Counted from the stretch's first letter, positions 1 to 14,520 are shown. The stretch is 64,000 nt of DNA from Eledone cirrhosa (GCA_964016885.1 OZ024749.1:34224001-34288000); one strand, 5' to 3'. Translations and numbers: made by a program. The notes: generated by a model from the sequence alone, not told the origin.

Positions 1-410
1 GGTATGGACCGAAGTCCACGTTCCCAACCGGCTCCCCGCCCCTCCCGAACAGTCGGGCAAAGTGCCTTTGAAAGGCCTCACACATCTGCTTAGGCTCAAG
101 AATCGCCCGTCCATCCAGGTCTCGCAAAGACCGGATGGTGGATTTAGTTCCACTGTTGGCCTCTGTCACGCGGGCCCAGCTAACAGCTTTGGTCCCCTCG
201 TTCCCTAGAGCACGTATTTTACTTCGGACAACGCAGCCTTCGTGCTTCGCGTCGAAAAACTGGCTCAAAGCCGTTCTCGACGCTAGCACTCTGGCCACGT
301 CGCCGCTTCTAATTGCCTCTTCTACTCTATCTATTAGCTCCCTTTCGTTCCTATTCCTATCCGCAGCTAGAACCTTACTAAATTCTATCGAGACTACTCT
401 AATCTAATAG
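1..410 (-). mobile_element. Tx1/L1-clade LINE ORF2 fragment (region between endonuclease and RT), runs off window edge
   Basis: Minus frame reads ...DRVEEAIRSGDVARVLASRTALSQFFDAKHEGCVVRSKIRALGNEGTKA...IRSLRDLDGRAILEPKQMCEAFQRHFARLF, typical of the L1/Tx1 tower/linker region; truncated end abuts (GATA)n. Confidence 0.7.
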
Positions 411-414
411 GTAA

Positions 415-459
<45 letters not shown>

Positions 460-460
<1 letters not shown>

Positions 461-1820
461 TTCTTTATTTACCATAAAGGCATAAAAAGAAGGGACAAAT
501 ACAAAGGGGGAGTTTACATACAATCGAGTAAAAAGGGTGTAACATGAAAATAATCGAAAATAACCTCAAAAGAGAGGGGACGTGATGGGGGTTGCACACA
601 CCCCCGAAAAAGTGTGCAATCCTTTGCCCGGGGAGCACATGGAGAAGGTGCTCCCCTCTCCTTTACTTCTTTACCTACAGGATGGTATACAGAGAAGGCC
701 CATTTACACGAGCCATTCTCGCCACTATCGCCCACCTTTCATAAAACTGCCTGTGGCCAAGCACCTCTCTCTCCATTCTTATCCTTCTTCCGAAGTGATA
801 TCGGAAGAAGTAGACCAGCCTATGGCCAGAGAGGAAGTTGCCTGACCTCAGACCTTTCAATCGTGTCCACCAAACAACCTCTTTCAACATGGCTATTACG
901 CACAGAAAAACCGCCTTTGCTTCCTTTGTGAAGAGGGGAGGCGGTTTGATTGTCATCACGTACTCGGCGGTCAATTGAATCGGCGCCATCCGCGACAGCA
1001 GTCGTTCGGCGTAGCCCCACAGATCAGCCACGCCCGGACATTGCACCAATGCGTGCGCAACGGTTTCTTCGTGACGCACGCATCTAGGGCAAATCTTTTT
1101 TGAGGGATCCCTGCCCGGGCGCCCGTGTCTGTAGAGCCTCTCTCGAACGGCTAGAGCCCCTCGGTAGCACTGCCAGGCCAGTGACTTCTGGAAGTTGTCC
1201 ATTGGTCCTGGGCCGAAAGTCCTACCGAATAGGCTGGCCAGTTCGTCTTCTTCCATGTCCAGCGACTCTCCAAGGGTGTCATCGCCCCTGCTAGCCACCA
1301 GCCCTCTATAGAATGATGAGGTGGATTCTCCACCGATGGCCTGGCCCGCTTGCCAGAGAGCCCTGAGCGCCTGAGCACACTCAGTGTGCCAGTCTCCCAG
1401 TTTTCCGGATCTTTGCTTGACCCAGGACTGTAGCTCGGTGAGCGAGACGAGTCTCGGAAAGGCTCGTTTCACGAACGGAGCCCACACCGGTTGACCAGTG
1501 AGGAATACCTGTAGGTGCCGTAGCCTTAATGCGTGCCTACGCATCATCAACCACGGCATCCCCAGCCCTCCTTTCGAAGGTTGTTGGCAGCAGATGGATC
1601 TTCTCACCATAGGAGGACGCTTCTTCCAAAGAAATTGGAAGAGCATGCGTTCCATGGTGGTGAGTGTTTCCTTAGGGAAAGGCACGACAGTCAGGCGGTA
1701 GTAAGTGACGGACGCTATGTAAATGTTCGCCACCTCCGCCCGGCCTTTTAGGGACAGCTTACACTTGGCCCATTTCTGGGTTAGTGCAAACACCTTGTTC
1801 GTAACCTCGTTCCAGTTCTT
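460..1820 (-). mobile_element. 5'-truncated Tx1/L1-clade LINE: ORF2 C-terminus with zinc-binding motif plus 3' UTR
   Basis: ORF 675..1793: LSLKGRAEVAN, KGGLG motif, CPRC..ETVAHALVQC; 3' end AATAAAGAAA joined to (TCTA)n. Confidence 0.9.
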
Positions 1821-1821
1821 A

Positions 1822-1890
<69 letters not shown>

Positions 1891-1891
<1 letters not shown>

Positions 1892-2629
1892 TTCTTTATT
1901 AGCCACAAGGGCGCAACAAGAAAGGGGACAATACAAAGACATGCCGGGGATTTTACATACAGTCGTGTAAAAAATATAAAAACAAACAATTTCAACAATC
2001 GAAATCCCCAATAGGGGGGAGGCGCCACAAATGAGTTGTTTAATACCCCGTCGATAGAACAACCCTCAACTCGAGGAGCGTGTTGTGCAAGTGCTCCTTT
2101 CTTCCTTTTGCTCTCTTCCTCAACCTACAGGCTTATAAACAGAGAAGGCCCAATCACTCGGGCCATTTTCGCTTCATTCACCCACCTTTCAGTAAATTTA
2201 CTGGGGTGCAGTGCCTCTCTCTCCACCCTGATTCTCCTTCTAAAGTGATACTTAAAGAAGGGAATCAATTGTTGTCCGGAGAGAAAGGCATCTGTCCTCA
2301 GTCCTCTCAACCTCGTCCACCATATAACTTCTTTCACCATAGCCACCGTACAGCGGAAAACCGCCTCTCTTTCGTTTTTGAAAGAGTCTGGCGGTTTGAT
2401 CCTTACTATGGACTCGGCAGTCAACTGTATTTGTCCCATACGCGACAGCAGTTGTTCTGCATAGTTCCACAGGTCGCTTACGCCCGGGCAGTGTACAATT
2501 GCGTGCAGAACTGTTTCAATGTCCTGCGCACATCTTGGACACGTCCTCTTGGAAGGATCCCTGCCAGGGCGTCCGTGCCTGTAGATCTTGTCACGAACCG
2601 GTAGAGCTCCTCGGTAGCACTGCCAGGCC

Positions 2630-2630
<1 letters not shown>
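1891..2630 (-). mobile_element. Second 5'-truncated Tx1/L1-clade LINE (related subfamily)
   Basis: ORF 2125..2631 is homologous to the C-terminus of 675..1793 (AWQCYRGAL, CPRC..ETVLHAIVHC); same AATAAAGAAA-(TCTA)n 3' junction. Confidence 0.9.

Positions 2631-2631
<1 letters not shown>

Positions 2632-2700
<69 letters not shown>
2632..2700. repeat. (GATA)n microsatellite (further arrays at ~417-459 and ~1822-1890)
   Basis: Perfect tetranucleotide repeat. Confidence 0.98.
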
Positions 2701-2701
<1 letters not shown>

Positions 2702-4090
2702 CCAAGACCACCACTAACACCAACACCAACACCTATACCTACAGCCTCACCACCAACACCACCACTAACACCACCTCCAACACCAACACTACCAACAACA
2801 TCACTAACACCACCTCCAACACCAACACCACCACTAACACCACCTCCAACACCAACACCACCAACAACACCACTAACCCCACCTCCAACACCAACACCAT
2901 CAACAACACCACTAACACCACCTCCACCACAACCCCACCTCCAACACCAACACCACCACTAACACTACCTCCACCACCAACTCCATCTCCAACACCAACA
3001 CTAACACCACCTCCAATACCAACACCACCAACAACACCACTAACACCACCTCCAACACTAACGGCACCTCCAACACCAACACCACCAACATCACCGCCAA
3101 CACCACCACAGCAACCACTTCCAACAACAACATCACCACCTTCACCACCACCAACAATACCAACACCACCACTAACACCACCTCCTACACCAACACCACC
3201 ACAGCAACAACTGTCAACACCAGCACCACCAACACCATAGCCACAACCAACACCACTACTAACACCAACACCAACACCATCACAACACCACCACAACAAC
3301 TACTGCCAACACGAACACCACCAACACCATCACCACCACCAACGCCACCACTAACACCACCTCCAACACCAACACCATCACTACCACCACCACCACCACC
3401 ACCTTCACCAACACCAACAATACCAATACCACCACTAACATCACCTCCAACACCAACAATACCATAGCAACCACTGCCAACACGAACACAACCAACACTA
3501 TCACCACCAACACCAACACCACCACCAAAACCATCACCACCACCAACAGCAACACCACCACAGCAACCACTTTCAACGCCACCACCAACACCAACACCAA
3601 CACCACCACCAACACCAAACCATCACCAACAGCAATACCACCACAGCAACCACTGACAACACCACCACCAACACCAACACCAATACCACCACCACCAACA
3701 CCAACACCAACACCAACACCAACACCAAAACCATCACCACCACCAACAGCAATACAACCACAGCAACCACTGACAACACCACCACCAACACCAACACCAC
3801 CACCAACACCACCACCACCACCACCACCAACACCAACACCAACACCAAAACCATCACCACCACCAACAGCAATACCACCACAGCAACCACTGTCAACACC
3901 ACCACCAACACCAACACCACCACCAACACCACCACCAAAACCACCACCAACACCAACACCACCACCACCACCAACACCAACACCAACACCAACACCAAAA
4001 CATCACCACCACCAACAGCAACACCACCACAGCATCCACTGTCAACACCACCACCACCACCAACACCAACACCATCACCACAACAACAAT
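2701..4090. repeat. Degenerate (CAC/CAA)n low-complexity array
   Basis: Continuous CACCAACACCAC-type triplets. Confidence 0.95.
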
Positions 4091-5092
4091 AATTTCTTCT
4101 ACTTCATCAGAAACTCCTGATGGCGAGAAATACTGAAGAAAGAACTTCGGTTTGGTAACGTTGTAACATTCTTCAGCTTCGCTTGTTTGTTTCATCAAGT
4201 TGACCTCTTTAAGAGATGTAATCAATTGGAATAACCAATACTTTGATAATCCATTTTGATTGAAAGAAGTAAAAGAAAAAAAAGTAAACAATGAAGAATC
4301 AATAATTGCCATTTCAGTCATCTAGAATCTTCAAAGAAGAGAAATAAAAAATATTATATAAATAAAAATAATAACATGGAGTACTAAAATAAAAAGCGAT
4401 ATTTTCGAAACTATTTATGGCAAGAACTGATCAAACTGAAGTGGCTACAAGAAACCGAGAGCCTCTTCAGTATCCAATGATTGGCGCGTTTTATTTTTAG
4501 GTTAAGTAAGCCAGCTTGAATCTCAAGCAGGCTATTATCTGAACGGGAAGTTGTCAGAATTACCTCCCTCCAATGGTCTTTTGTGCTTAGAGTTAACCGA
4601 ATCGACGTCAGATCAGACTAAAATGCAAATTTTATACATTTATATAGTTATTTGTAACAAAGTTTTCCCTTCTTTCTCAGTACTGTTTTATTGTTGTCAA
4701 GAATCAATGTTATGTTTTCTTTTTAGAGGAATTGAGAGAGAAAACGAAAAATGGAGATTAATTAAATATGCTTTCATCTACTCTGAGTAGACAAAAAAAT
4801 GAAAGTCACGGTTTTTTTTTCTCTGATGGCAGTGCTATTTATAAGGTATATTATTTTAAATCATGTGAGTTTTTACACTATTCTCTAACGTTGTTATATT
4901 CTCCTGGTACCGTAAGATGTTATAGTAGTATGGCGCTGCTGTCAGACGAAAAGACATTCTATAATCAAGATTAGTTCTGTTGATCCTGGAAACCTTAGAT
5001 TTAAAGCGAACGACGTTGAGTGCTATACTTTTATATATATTTGTATACATACATATGAATACACACACACATGTATGTATGTGTGTGTGTGC

Positions 5093-5158
<66 letters not shown>

Positions 5159-5278
5159 CTGTATGTGTGTGTAAAAGGTAAACAGAAATAACAACACAAT
5201 CGGTACAGTATATGGAAGGAATATATTAGGTTAACGCTTGAAATAGCAGGAAGGTCTTAACGTTTAGGACGCTAGTCC

Positions 5279-5310
<32 letters not shown>

Positions 5311-6122
5311 CTATACAAATATGTGTATACATTATTATTATTATTATTATTATATATACCAGTAATACACTGGGTAATTGCTGGCCTTGTTCCTAACGTA
5401 GAAACAATTATTATATATATATATATATTGTTATACTTGGGGAGGGTCATATTTGTGTAATAATATTGCCAGAATTAATAACAGAACACACTCACTGTTT
5501 GGTTGGTTTTCGCTTCTGTGTCTTTTACATCGGTTAATTTAATTTATTCGGTCCTCAATGTTGCCATTGACTGACCAACGGTCAAAAATACAGATACAAT
5601 ATAGACACAAACACATATATATAGTCTATCAAAGTTCTTTCGTTGCACATCTGCAACATCGTCAGTGGTGCTATTATGTTTCCTCCCGTTGCATTGTATG
5701 CTTATGCCATCTTTATTTAGTCTGTTTATTTATTTATTTGTTTATTTGTTGTCTTCTCTGCGCATGCGTTTGCGTGTGTGTATAGTGTTTTGTTTGATGT
5801 GTGTTCTTGTTTGGGTGACTGTGTATTGGTTAATGTATTCTATCTTAGTTTACTAGTGTGTGTTTATATGTGTTTGTTGTAATTGTGCTTGTGTATGTAT
5901 TTATTTATTTATTTATACTTCTCTTAGGTCAGTGTTGTTTGTTTGGGTGTTGTTGTTATTCCATTCATTTTTTTCTGTTTAGCCTTGGCCTTCTAAGTTC
6001 TATTTCGCTGGTCTCTCTGATTTGCCTATCTGCTGGGTCATTTCTATGTTTAGATACTATTCTAACTTCTATGTTGTCTATGTTACCGTTGTGTTGTTGT
6101 GTGGCATGTTCGTATAGTACTG

Positions 6123-6176
<54 letters not shown>

Positions 6177-6181
<5 letters not shown>

Positions 6182-6454
6182 TATAGAAAAAAAGATGAAA
6201 TCGAAAATGCAACTGGAATCTTATTTTTTAAAAAATATATATATTTATTTGGTTCCTTTACCGGTTTCGCATTTCTTCTGCTTTTCAAAAGTAGAGTTGA
6301 GATGGAGAGAAAAACCACAGACCCTCCATCTCAACTCTACTTTTGAAAAGCAGAAGAACTGCGAAACCGGTAAAGGAACCAAATAAATATATATATATTT
6401 TTTTAAATAAGACTCCAGTTGCATTTTCGATTTCATCTTTTTTTCTATATATTT
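6177..6454. repeat. Fold-back palindrome (~130-bp arms) between (TA)n arrays, with a degenerate hammerhead core
   Basis: Arms ~6177-6307 and ~6324-6454 are reverse complements; right arm reads ctt-TTGAAAA-gcag aagaa ctgc-GAAA-ccgg-TA-aagg. Confidence 0.85.
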
Positions 6455-6463
6455 ATATATATA

Positions 6464-6528
<65 letters not shown>

Positions 6529-6670
6529 GCCCTCCTCGGATTTTAGTCTTCACAAATATTATTACTATATATATATATATATATACACATGTGTAACTTT
6601 ATATACATATATATATGTATGTGTATGTGTTTGAGTATATATATATCTCTCTATACATACATACATATAT

Positions 6671-6753
<83 letters not shown>

Positions 6754-6973
6754 TATACATATGTACATACATATGTGTGTGTGTGTAGTTATGTGTGTAT
6801 ATACACATATGTATACGTACATCAGTATCTTTTCATCAATCTCCCTGGGAAAGAGAGAAAGAAAGAGAGAAATACTGAGAATAGAAGAAACACAGAATAG
6901 TGTGAAGGATAACGACAGATGAACATGCGTATTTCCATACATGCATGCTTACACACACACACACATGCACACA

Positions 6974-7023
<50 letters not shown>

Positions 7024-7122
7024 CAGACAGATATATACATATATATATAGATATAGATATAGATATATATATACATATATACACAAATATACACATATAT
7101 ACATATATACACATATATACAC

Positions 7123-7156
<34 letters not shown>

Positions 7157-7526
7157 GTATATATATATATATATATATATATAATCTTATACATTACACA
7201 ATGTAATTGCCTTAGCGTGTCTTCAGATGAGTATCAAATGACTAGGAGCTTTCTAACATAGAATACAATACGATAATGAGGCAACACAGTCGTAAAAAGA
7301 ATGTTGTGAAATATTTATATGATAACAACAGACAGCCTATAATATATCATAGATTTGTTTCAATGACTGGGCATAACGCCAGTTTATTTTTTCAGCTTTC
7401 TTTCTTTCATTTTTTCATAGTATATTCGTAGAAGTTCGACTTTAATCCCCCTGGTCTTTGTTTGAAGGCACAGCGCCTAGGGATTAGGGTGCTGTACTCG
7501 TGGAAGAAATCTGCTGTATTCAGGCC

Positions 7527-7696
7527 CAATTTTAAATACGTTGTTAGCTTAACCAGATCATCGAAGAAACTGTTAAAATTCACGAATTCAAATTACAACA
7601 TCATCAATAATATTATTGATGATGTTGTAATTTGAACTCGTGAATTTTAACAGTTTCTCCGATGATCTGGTTAAGCTAACAACGTATTTAAAATTG
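7527..7696. repeat. Near-perfect 170-bp palindrome with no spacer
   Basis: Centre AATAATATTATT at ~7606-7617; arms differ at only a couple of positions. Confidence 0.92.
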
Positions 7697-8123
7697 AGTG
7701 GCACAGCTCCAAGTGTTCGGCAATTTTTAGACAACTTAATCAGTGAAACAATTGCTATTAAGTTAAACAGGGCCTGGGCCAATACTAGCCAAAACCTGTC
7801 AAAGTTATCAAAGTTATATAAATATATAGAATAGAATTAAGATTTAGCTTCAAGCAGATATGTACAGAAATTTCGTATTTCTAAAGAAACATAGTATGCT
7901 TACAGGTAAACATTTAGAAAGCGGTAGTTATCAAAGTTATATATATATATAGAATAGAATTAAGATTTAGCTTCAGGCATAGCTGTATGCAGATATGTAT
8001 AGAAATTTCGTATTTCTAAAGAAACACAGTATGTTTACAGGTAAACATTTAGAAAGCGGTAGCTATGCAAAAAGAGCCGGGGCTGACGCCCTCTGGTGGT
8101 GTCCAGCAGAAGCAAGAGGGACA

Positions 8124-8167
8124 ATCGTCGATGCATTTCAGACTTAACTGGTCCTCATCAGGACGAT
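8124..8167 (-). ncRNA. Minimal type I hammerhead ribozyme
   Basis: Minus strand: atcgtc-CTGATGA-ggac cagttaa gtct-GAAA-tgca-TC-gacgat; 6-bp stem I, intact core, palindromic stem III loop. Confidence 0.8.
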
Positions 8168-8340
8168 GCCTCCCACACTTGCGACTGCTGGACATGAAAA
8201 CAGTCGAGAATATATAGTTTTCTTGTCTGTGTAAATGAGGTGATTAATTTCATTTGCATATGAAGGTGCATAAGTTGGCTCAACGTATAATAGAATTAGG
8301 ATTTAGCTTCAGGCATAGTTGTATACAGATATGTATAGAA

Positions 8341-8448
<108 letters not shown>

Positions 8449-8633
8449 AACCCCTCACCATTAATTTGTTACAATTTGGTAAAGAAACTGAATATTATTT
8501 ATTCCAAATGTAAAACAGGTTACGTACCTGTAATAATATCTATGAAAGAAAAGGTACACAAAATGAAATATTTGTTTCGTGATAATTGTTATTATATATA
8601 ATCATTATATATAAGCAATTATCCTAGTGTATT

Positions 8634-8855
8634 ACTGGTACTTTATTTTATCGACCCCGTAAGGATGAAAGGTAAAGTTAACCTCGGCGGGATTTGAACT
8701 TTATGATCTGAGTTCAAATCCTGCCTAGGTTAACTTTGCCTTTCATCCTTATGGGGTCGATAAAATAAAGTACCAGACTCGCACTGGACTCGATTTAATC
8801 GACCTTCCCCTTCCCCAAAATTGCTGGTCTTGTGCCTATATAAGAAACCATTATA
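8634..8855. mobile_element. Two head-to-head partial copies of the tRNA-derived SINE forming a hairpin
   Basis: 8634-8700 is the reverse complement of 8710-8776 (GAGTTCAAATCC...CCTTTCATCCTT..GGGGTCGATAAAATAAAGTACCAG). Confidence 0.88.
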
Positions 8856-9033
8856 TATAATCATGAAGTGTTATTTAAAGAGCATCAAATGGACAGGTGT
8901 TTCTCATCTCAGATATTCTATACCTCTTTATCTTCTATCAGTCCTTAGACGTGTAACTAACTATTTGATATAACCCGTTGTGTCTTAACCATTAACTTCT
9001 CAGATCTGATACTTTCCTTGGTTTGCTTTAGAC

Positions 9034-9362
9034 CAGTGGTTCCCAAACTGGGGTCCGCAGTCTCCTAGGGGACCGCGAAGCGATTTGGGGCGGGGGGAGA
9101 CCGCGAAGGCTTAGCTAAATTTTCATAGCATACTGTGATTGAAGTTTTAAATCTAGGAAGCAATTTTTTTTATTGAACATGACAACAGTTTTGGACATTT
9201 TGATACTACTTAAATTAAATCGTAGTAGAATTGTCGTGCATTTCATAAAAGTTTGTCTTTGAGACATTTTTGAAATGCTGCCAAAATATGATAGGGGACC
9301 GCGAGGCATCCAAAAAATGGGGTCCGCCGAAAAAAAAAATTGGAAAATTTTTGGAACTACTG
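9034..9362. mobile_element. Non-autonomous hAT (Charlie-like) MITE
   Basis: TIRs CAGTGGTTCCCAAA / TTTGGAACTACTG; 8-bp TSD ctttagac / ctttagat; subterminal GGGGTCCGC motifs. Confidence 0.85.
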
Positions 9363-9486
9363 CTTTAGATGAATGCACTAACCTCTCCTATGTCGTAGCT
9401 TGCTAGCCTATAATATCTAACCCCAACCATCTTCCATTCACCATCTACCATCTTCCATTAATTACATTATTTTGTTATCATTAGGG

Positions 9487-9702
9487 TGGTGGATTGGCAG
9501 TATCGGTAGAGGGTCGGACGCCATGCTTTGCAGCATAGAGTTACGGTCCTTTATTACCCGAGTTCAAATCCCACAGAGGTTAACTTTGCCTTTCATCCTT
9601 ACGGGGTCGATAAAATAAAGTACCAGTCACGCACTGGGGTCGATTTAATCGACTTCCCCCTCTCCAAAAATTGCTGGCCTTGTGCCTATATAAGAAACGA
9701 TT
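9487..9702 (+). mobile_element. tRNA-derived SINE (abundant family), near full length
   Basis: Box A-like TGGCAGTATCGG, box B GAGTTCAAATCC, conserved CTTTGCCTTTCATCCTTACGGGGTCGATAAAATAAAGTACCAG domain; >15 copies in window. Confidence 0.88.
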
Positions 9703-10714
9703 ATTTTGTTGTTAATAGTTGTCGTTCTTGAATGTTTCATGATGCATCGTATAAGCATGATAGTAATTTTCTTGCTCAGTATTCTGAGTCTCAGCTTCAC
9801 AGATTAACGCAGTATGTTAAGTAGTTTAGTACTTAAATACGAAAATATTACACTGCTCAATGAATGAAATACATTCACGTGAAGAATGACTTAGGAACGT
9901 TAAGTAGAAATAAACATAATTAATGTTAAATATCAAACCTCTAATTCGAAAAACTGCTAATGGACTGGAGAGAGTTGAATATTTTCTCAATAATTAATAT
10001 TATATTTATTGTTTCAGCAGTTATGAGAAACAAATCTGGATATGGTGCAGTCTTATTATACCTTTTCACCGCGTGCATCTATAGAAACATATTAAAGCTA
10101 TGCTCCAGTATGGCTGTAGCTGCGATAGCTAAAAGCAAACAATCTAAAGAAGAACTTAAAAATATATATATACGTATATCTTCATATCTATTGGCTGATA
10201 ATAATAGAGAACGACACTTTGATCAGCACCAATGGAGCAAATCTTCATATATCATAACAACATTTTTTTTTTTACATTTTTGTTCAACTGGCTTTTGATC
10301 TGGTAATATTTGACATGATCATTTATCAGTATATTGATGAGAAAATATACCATTACCTGCATTTGAACTCAATCAGAAAAGCTATATATCAGGTTAACAA
10401 ACAATGTCAGATCACCATAAACAGGTCAAAAACATTAAACTGTAGAGGAGACAACACAAAAACTAGTTGGAAAAATATTATTCATTTTATGGATGATTGT
10501 TTGCGCACGTATAAATATATGTGTGTATGTGTATGTGTGTGTGTGTATGTGTGTGTGTGTGTGTGTACCTGCGTGTGTGTGCACGTCTGTCTGTCTGTGT
10601 GGAGCGTGTAAATAGGTCTGTTGAATAGCTACAGGCTGGTGCTAACCTCATCCTGTAATTTTCCTGTTGATGTGTGAAAATAATGGTTAGCTATTTTATA
10701 ATATCCTGTATATG

Positions 10715-11530
<816 letters not shown>

Positions 11531-11845
11531 ACGAAGGGAAATTATGTATGAAGATAGAGAGAAAAAAATAATAATTGTGGGTGAATATTCTAACGTCAAA
11601 AGAAGAAATGTATGTATTGTGGCAATTTCAAAATTAGCGAAGAGAAAAATTGTTAAGGTTTGTGTGTAGAAGGATTTGAGAAAAATAATGTGAAGTTAAA
11701 GTTTGTATATTGAATTGATAATATGTGCGAATAAAGAGTTAATATGTATTAATAATGAGTTCGTTGATGGGGAGAAAAAAATAATAATAAATTAAGGATG
11801 AAATTGAGATTAAAAAGATTTATGATAGAGAGAAAAAATAATAAT

Positions 11846-12025
11846 TGTTTCTACTTTTGGCACAAGGCCATAAATTACCCAGTGCATTACTGGTACTTTA
11901 TTTTATCGACCCCGTAAGGATGAAAGGTAAAGTTAACCTCGGCGGGATTTGAACTCAGATCATAAAGGGAGGTAACTCTATGCTACAAAGCATGGTGTCC
12001 GACCCTCTACCAATACTGCAAATCC
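11846..12025 (-). mobile_element. SINE inserted into the inverted arm of the Penelope-like element
   Basis: Absent from the partner arm; 8-bp TSD ataataat (11838-11845, 12026-12033). Confidence 0.9.
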
Positions 12026-12202
12026 ATAATAATGATTGCGGATGAATATTCAAAATGTCAAAAACAAATGTTATTATTTTACGAGAAGATAGAATGAGGG
12101 TAATGAGTAAACGAGTATTATAGAGTGTATAATGCCCTTTAAAGTAAGGTAGATGGGTATATTTTAAAGAGGTGTATGTATATGTGCCTTTGAGAAAATA
12201 CA

Positions 12203-12475
12203 TCTTTCAAATACAAACTTAAAAGAACTAACACTGCTCTCTCAGAACTCATATGGTCCTTAAAAGACAAAAACATTAAATATACCATCTTTTGGAAGAA
12301 GATTTCTTCTGCATCCTCATACTTGAACAGCTCTCTATCTAAAATCTGTAATCTCTGCCTAAATGAAAAATTTACCATTATCTCTAACCTAGATTCTATA
12401 ATAAATAGACGCTCAGATTTGTTTTCTATCTGCCTGCATAAATTCCATAGAACTTTTCACAAAGTATACAGTTAA
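12203..12475 (+). pseudogene. C-terminal fragment of Penelope-like (Naiad-type) GIY-YIG endonuclease
   Basis: Hand translation SFKYKLKRTNTALSELIWSLKDKNIKYTIFWKKI...KICNLCLNEKFTIISNLDSIINRRSDLFSICLHKFHRTFHKVYS*; SF..TALS..IW.LK, CNLC..EK and N.RS....C.H motifs. Confidence 0.82.
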
Positions 12476-13484
12476 TATTCAATTCTTTATCAATTTAGAA
12501 TCTTTTCTCAAAGGCACATATACATACACCTCTTTAAAATATACCCATCTACCTTACTTTAAAGGGCATTATACACTCTATAATACTCGTTTACTCATTA
12601 CCCTCATTCTATCTTCTCGTAAAATAATAACATTTGTTTTTGACATTTTGAATATTCATCCGCAATCATTATTATTTTTTCTCTCTATCATAAATCTTTT
12701 TAATCTCAATTTCATCCTTAATTTATTATTATTTTTTTCTCCCCATCAACGAACTCATTATTAATACATATTAACTCTTTATTCGCACATATTATCAATT
12801 CAATATACAAACTTTAACTTCACATTATTTTTCTCAAATCCTTCTACACACAAACCTTAACAATTTTTCTCTTCGCTAATTTTGAAATTGTCACAATACA
12901 TACATTTCTTCTTTTGACGTTAGAATATTCACCCACAATTATTATTTTTTTTTCTCTATCTTCATACATAATTTCCCTTCGTTAATTTTCAAATTCCTTT
13001 AATTTATACATTATCTTCCAACGGTTCCCAACCTCTCTATATTAAAACAATATATCTTTTTCTCAGTTATAAAAACTATCTCTTTCTCTCTATCACCCAT
13101 CTCTCCCTCTCCACCTTCACTCTCATCTCCTCCCCCTTTTTTCATCCTTTCCACCCCCCCCCCCCTCCCTAAATAAAATATTTTTTCCTCGCACATATCC
13201 TCCCTTCGTTAATTTTCAAAATTTTTAATTTATACAGTATCTTCCAACGGTTTTCAACCCCTCTATGTAAAAAATATATCTCCTCTCAGTTATAAAAACT
13301 ATCTCTTTCTCTCTATCACCCATCTCTCCCTCTCATCTCCTTCCCTTTTCATCCTTTCCTCCCCCCCTCTCTAAATAAAATATTTTTCCCAATATCACAC
13401 ATCAATCTAAAACCACTTTTCATATGTTGATTTAAAACTGCACTATCCACAAGTGTTTTTTAGCCTTCATATCATGTTCTCCTG

Positions 13485-13551
13485 TTTTATCTGATGAAAA
13501 CACAAATATTATTGCTTGATGATGTTTGTTTTTGAAATGCGCATAATAAAA
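13485..13551 (+). ncRNA. Type I hammerhead ribozyme in the 3' end of the Penelope-like element
   Basis: ttttat-CTGATGA-aaac acaaatattatt gctt gatgatgtttgt tttt-GAAA-tgcgca-TA-ataaaa; perfect stem I, long stem II, palindromic tgcgca. Confidence 0.85.
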
Positions 13552-13583
13552 TATATGGAACTCCTTTAACCATCTTTTGATCT

Positions 13584-13627
<44 letters not shown>

Positions 13628-13634
13628 GTGTATA

Positions 13635-13691
<57 letters not shown>

Positions 13692-13733
13692 TATATAACT
13701 ATATATATATATTATATATATATGTATATAACT

Positions 13734-13764
<31 letters not shown>

Positions 13765-13784
13765 AATATATATATATATGTATA

Positions 13785-13820
<36 letters not shown>

Positions 13821-13866
13821 TATATATATAACTATATATATATATTATATATATATGTATATAACT

Positions 13867-13897
<31 letters not shown>

Positions 13898-14227
13898 AAT
13901 ATATATATATATTATATATATATATATATATTATATATATATATATATAACTATATATATATATATAAATATATATATATATTATATATATATATATATA
14001 TAACTATATATATATATATAAATATATATATATTATATATATATATATATATAACTATATATATATATATAAATATATATATATATTATATATATATATA
14101 TAACTATATATATATATATATATATAAATATATATTATATATATATATATATAACTATATATATATAAATATATATATATTATATATATATATATATATA
14201 ACTATATATATATAAAATATATATTAT

Positions 14228-14260
<33 letters not shown>

Positions 14261-14273
14261 AATATATATTATA

Positions 14274-14342
<69 letters not shown>

Positions 14343-14398
14343 AATATATATATATACCATATAAAATATATATATATAAATCAATATATATTATATAT

Positions 14399-14431
<33 letters not shown>

Positions 14432-14441
14432 AATATATATA

Positions 14442-14520
<79 letters not shown>

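Noticed and set aside
2739-4090. Gly/Val-rich structural-protein-like ORFs
   Set aside because: Degenerate (CAC/CAA)n; frames switch arbitrarily
7218-7290. CAGATGA-gtat...atac-GATA hammerhead-like remnant
   Set aside because: Two core mismatches and no paralog in the window to restore them
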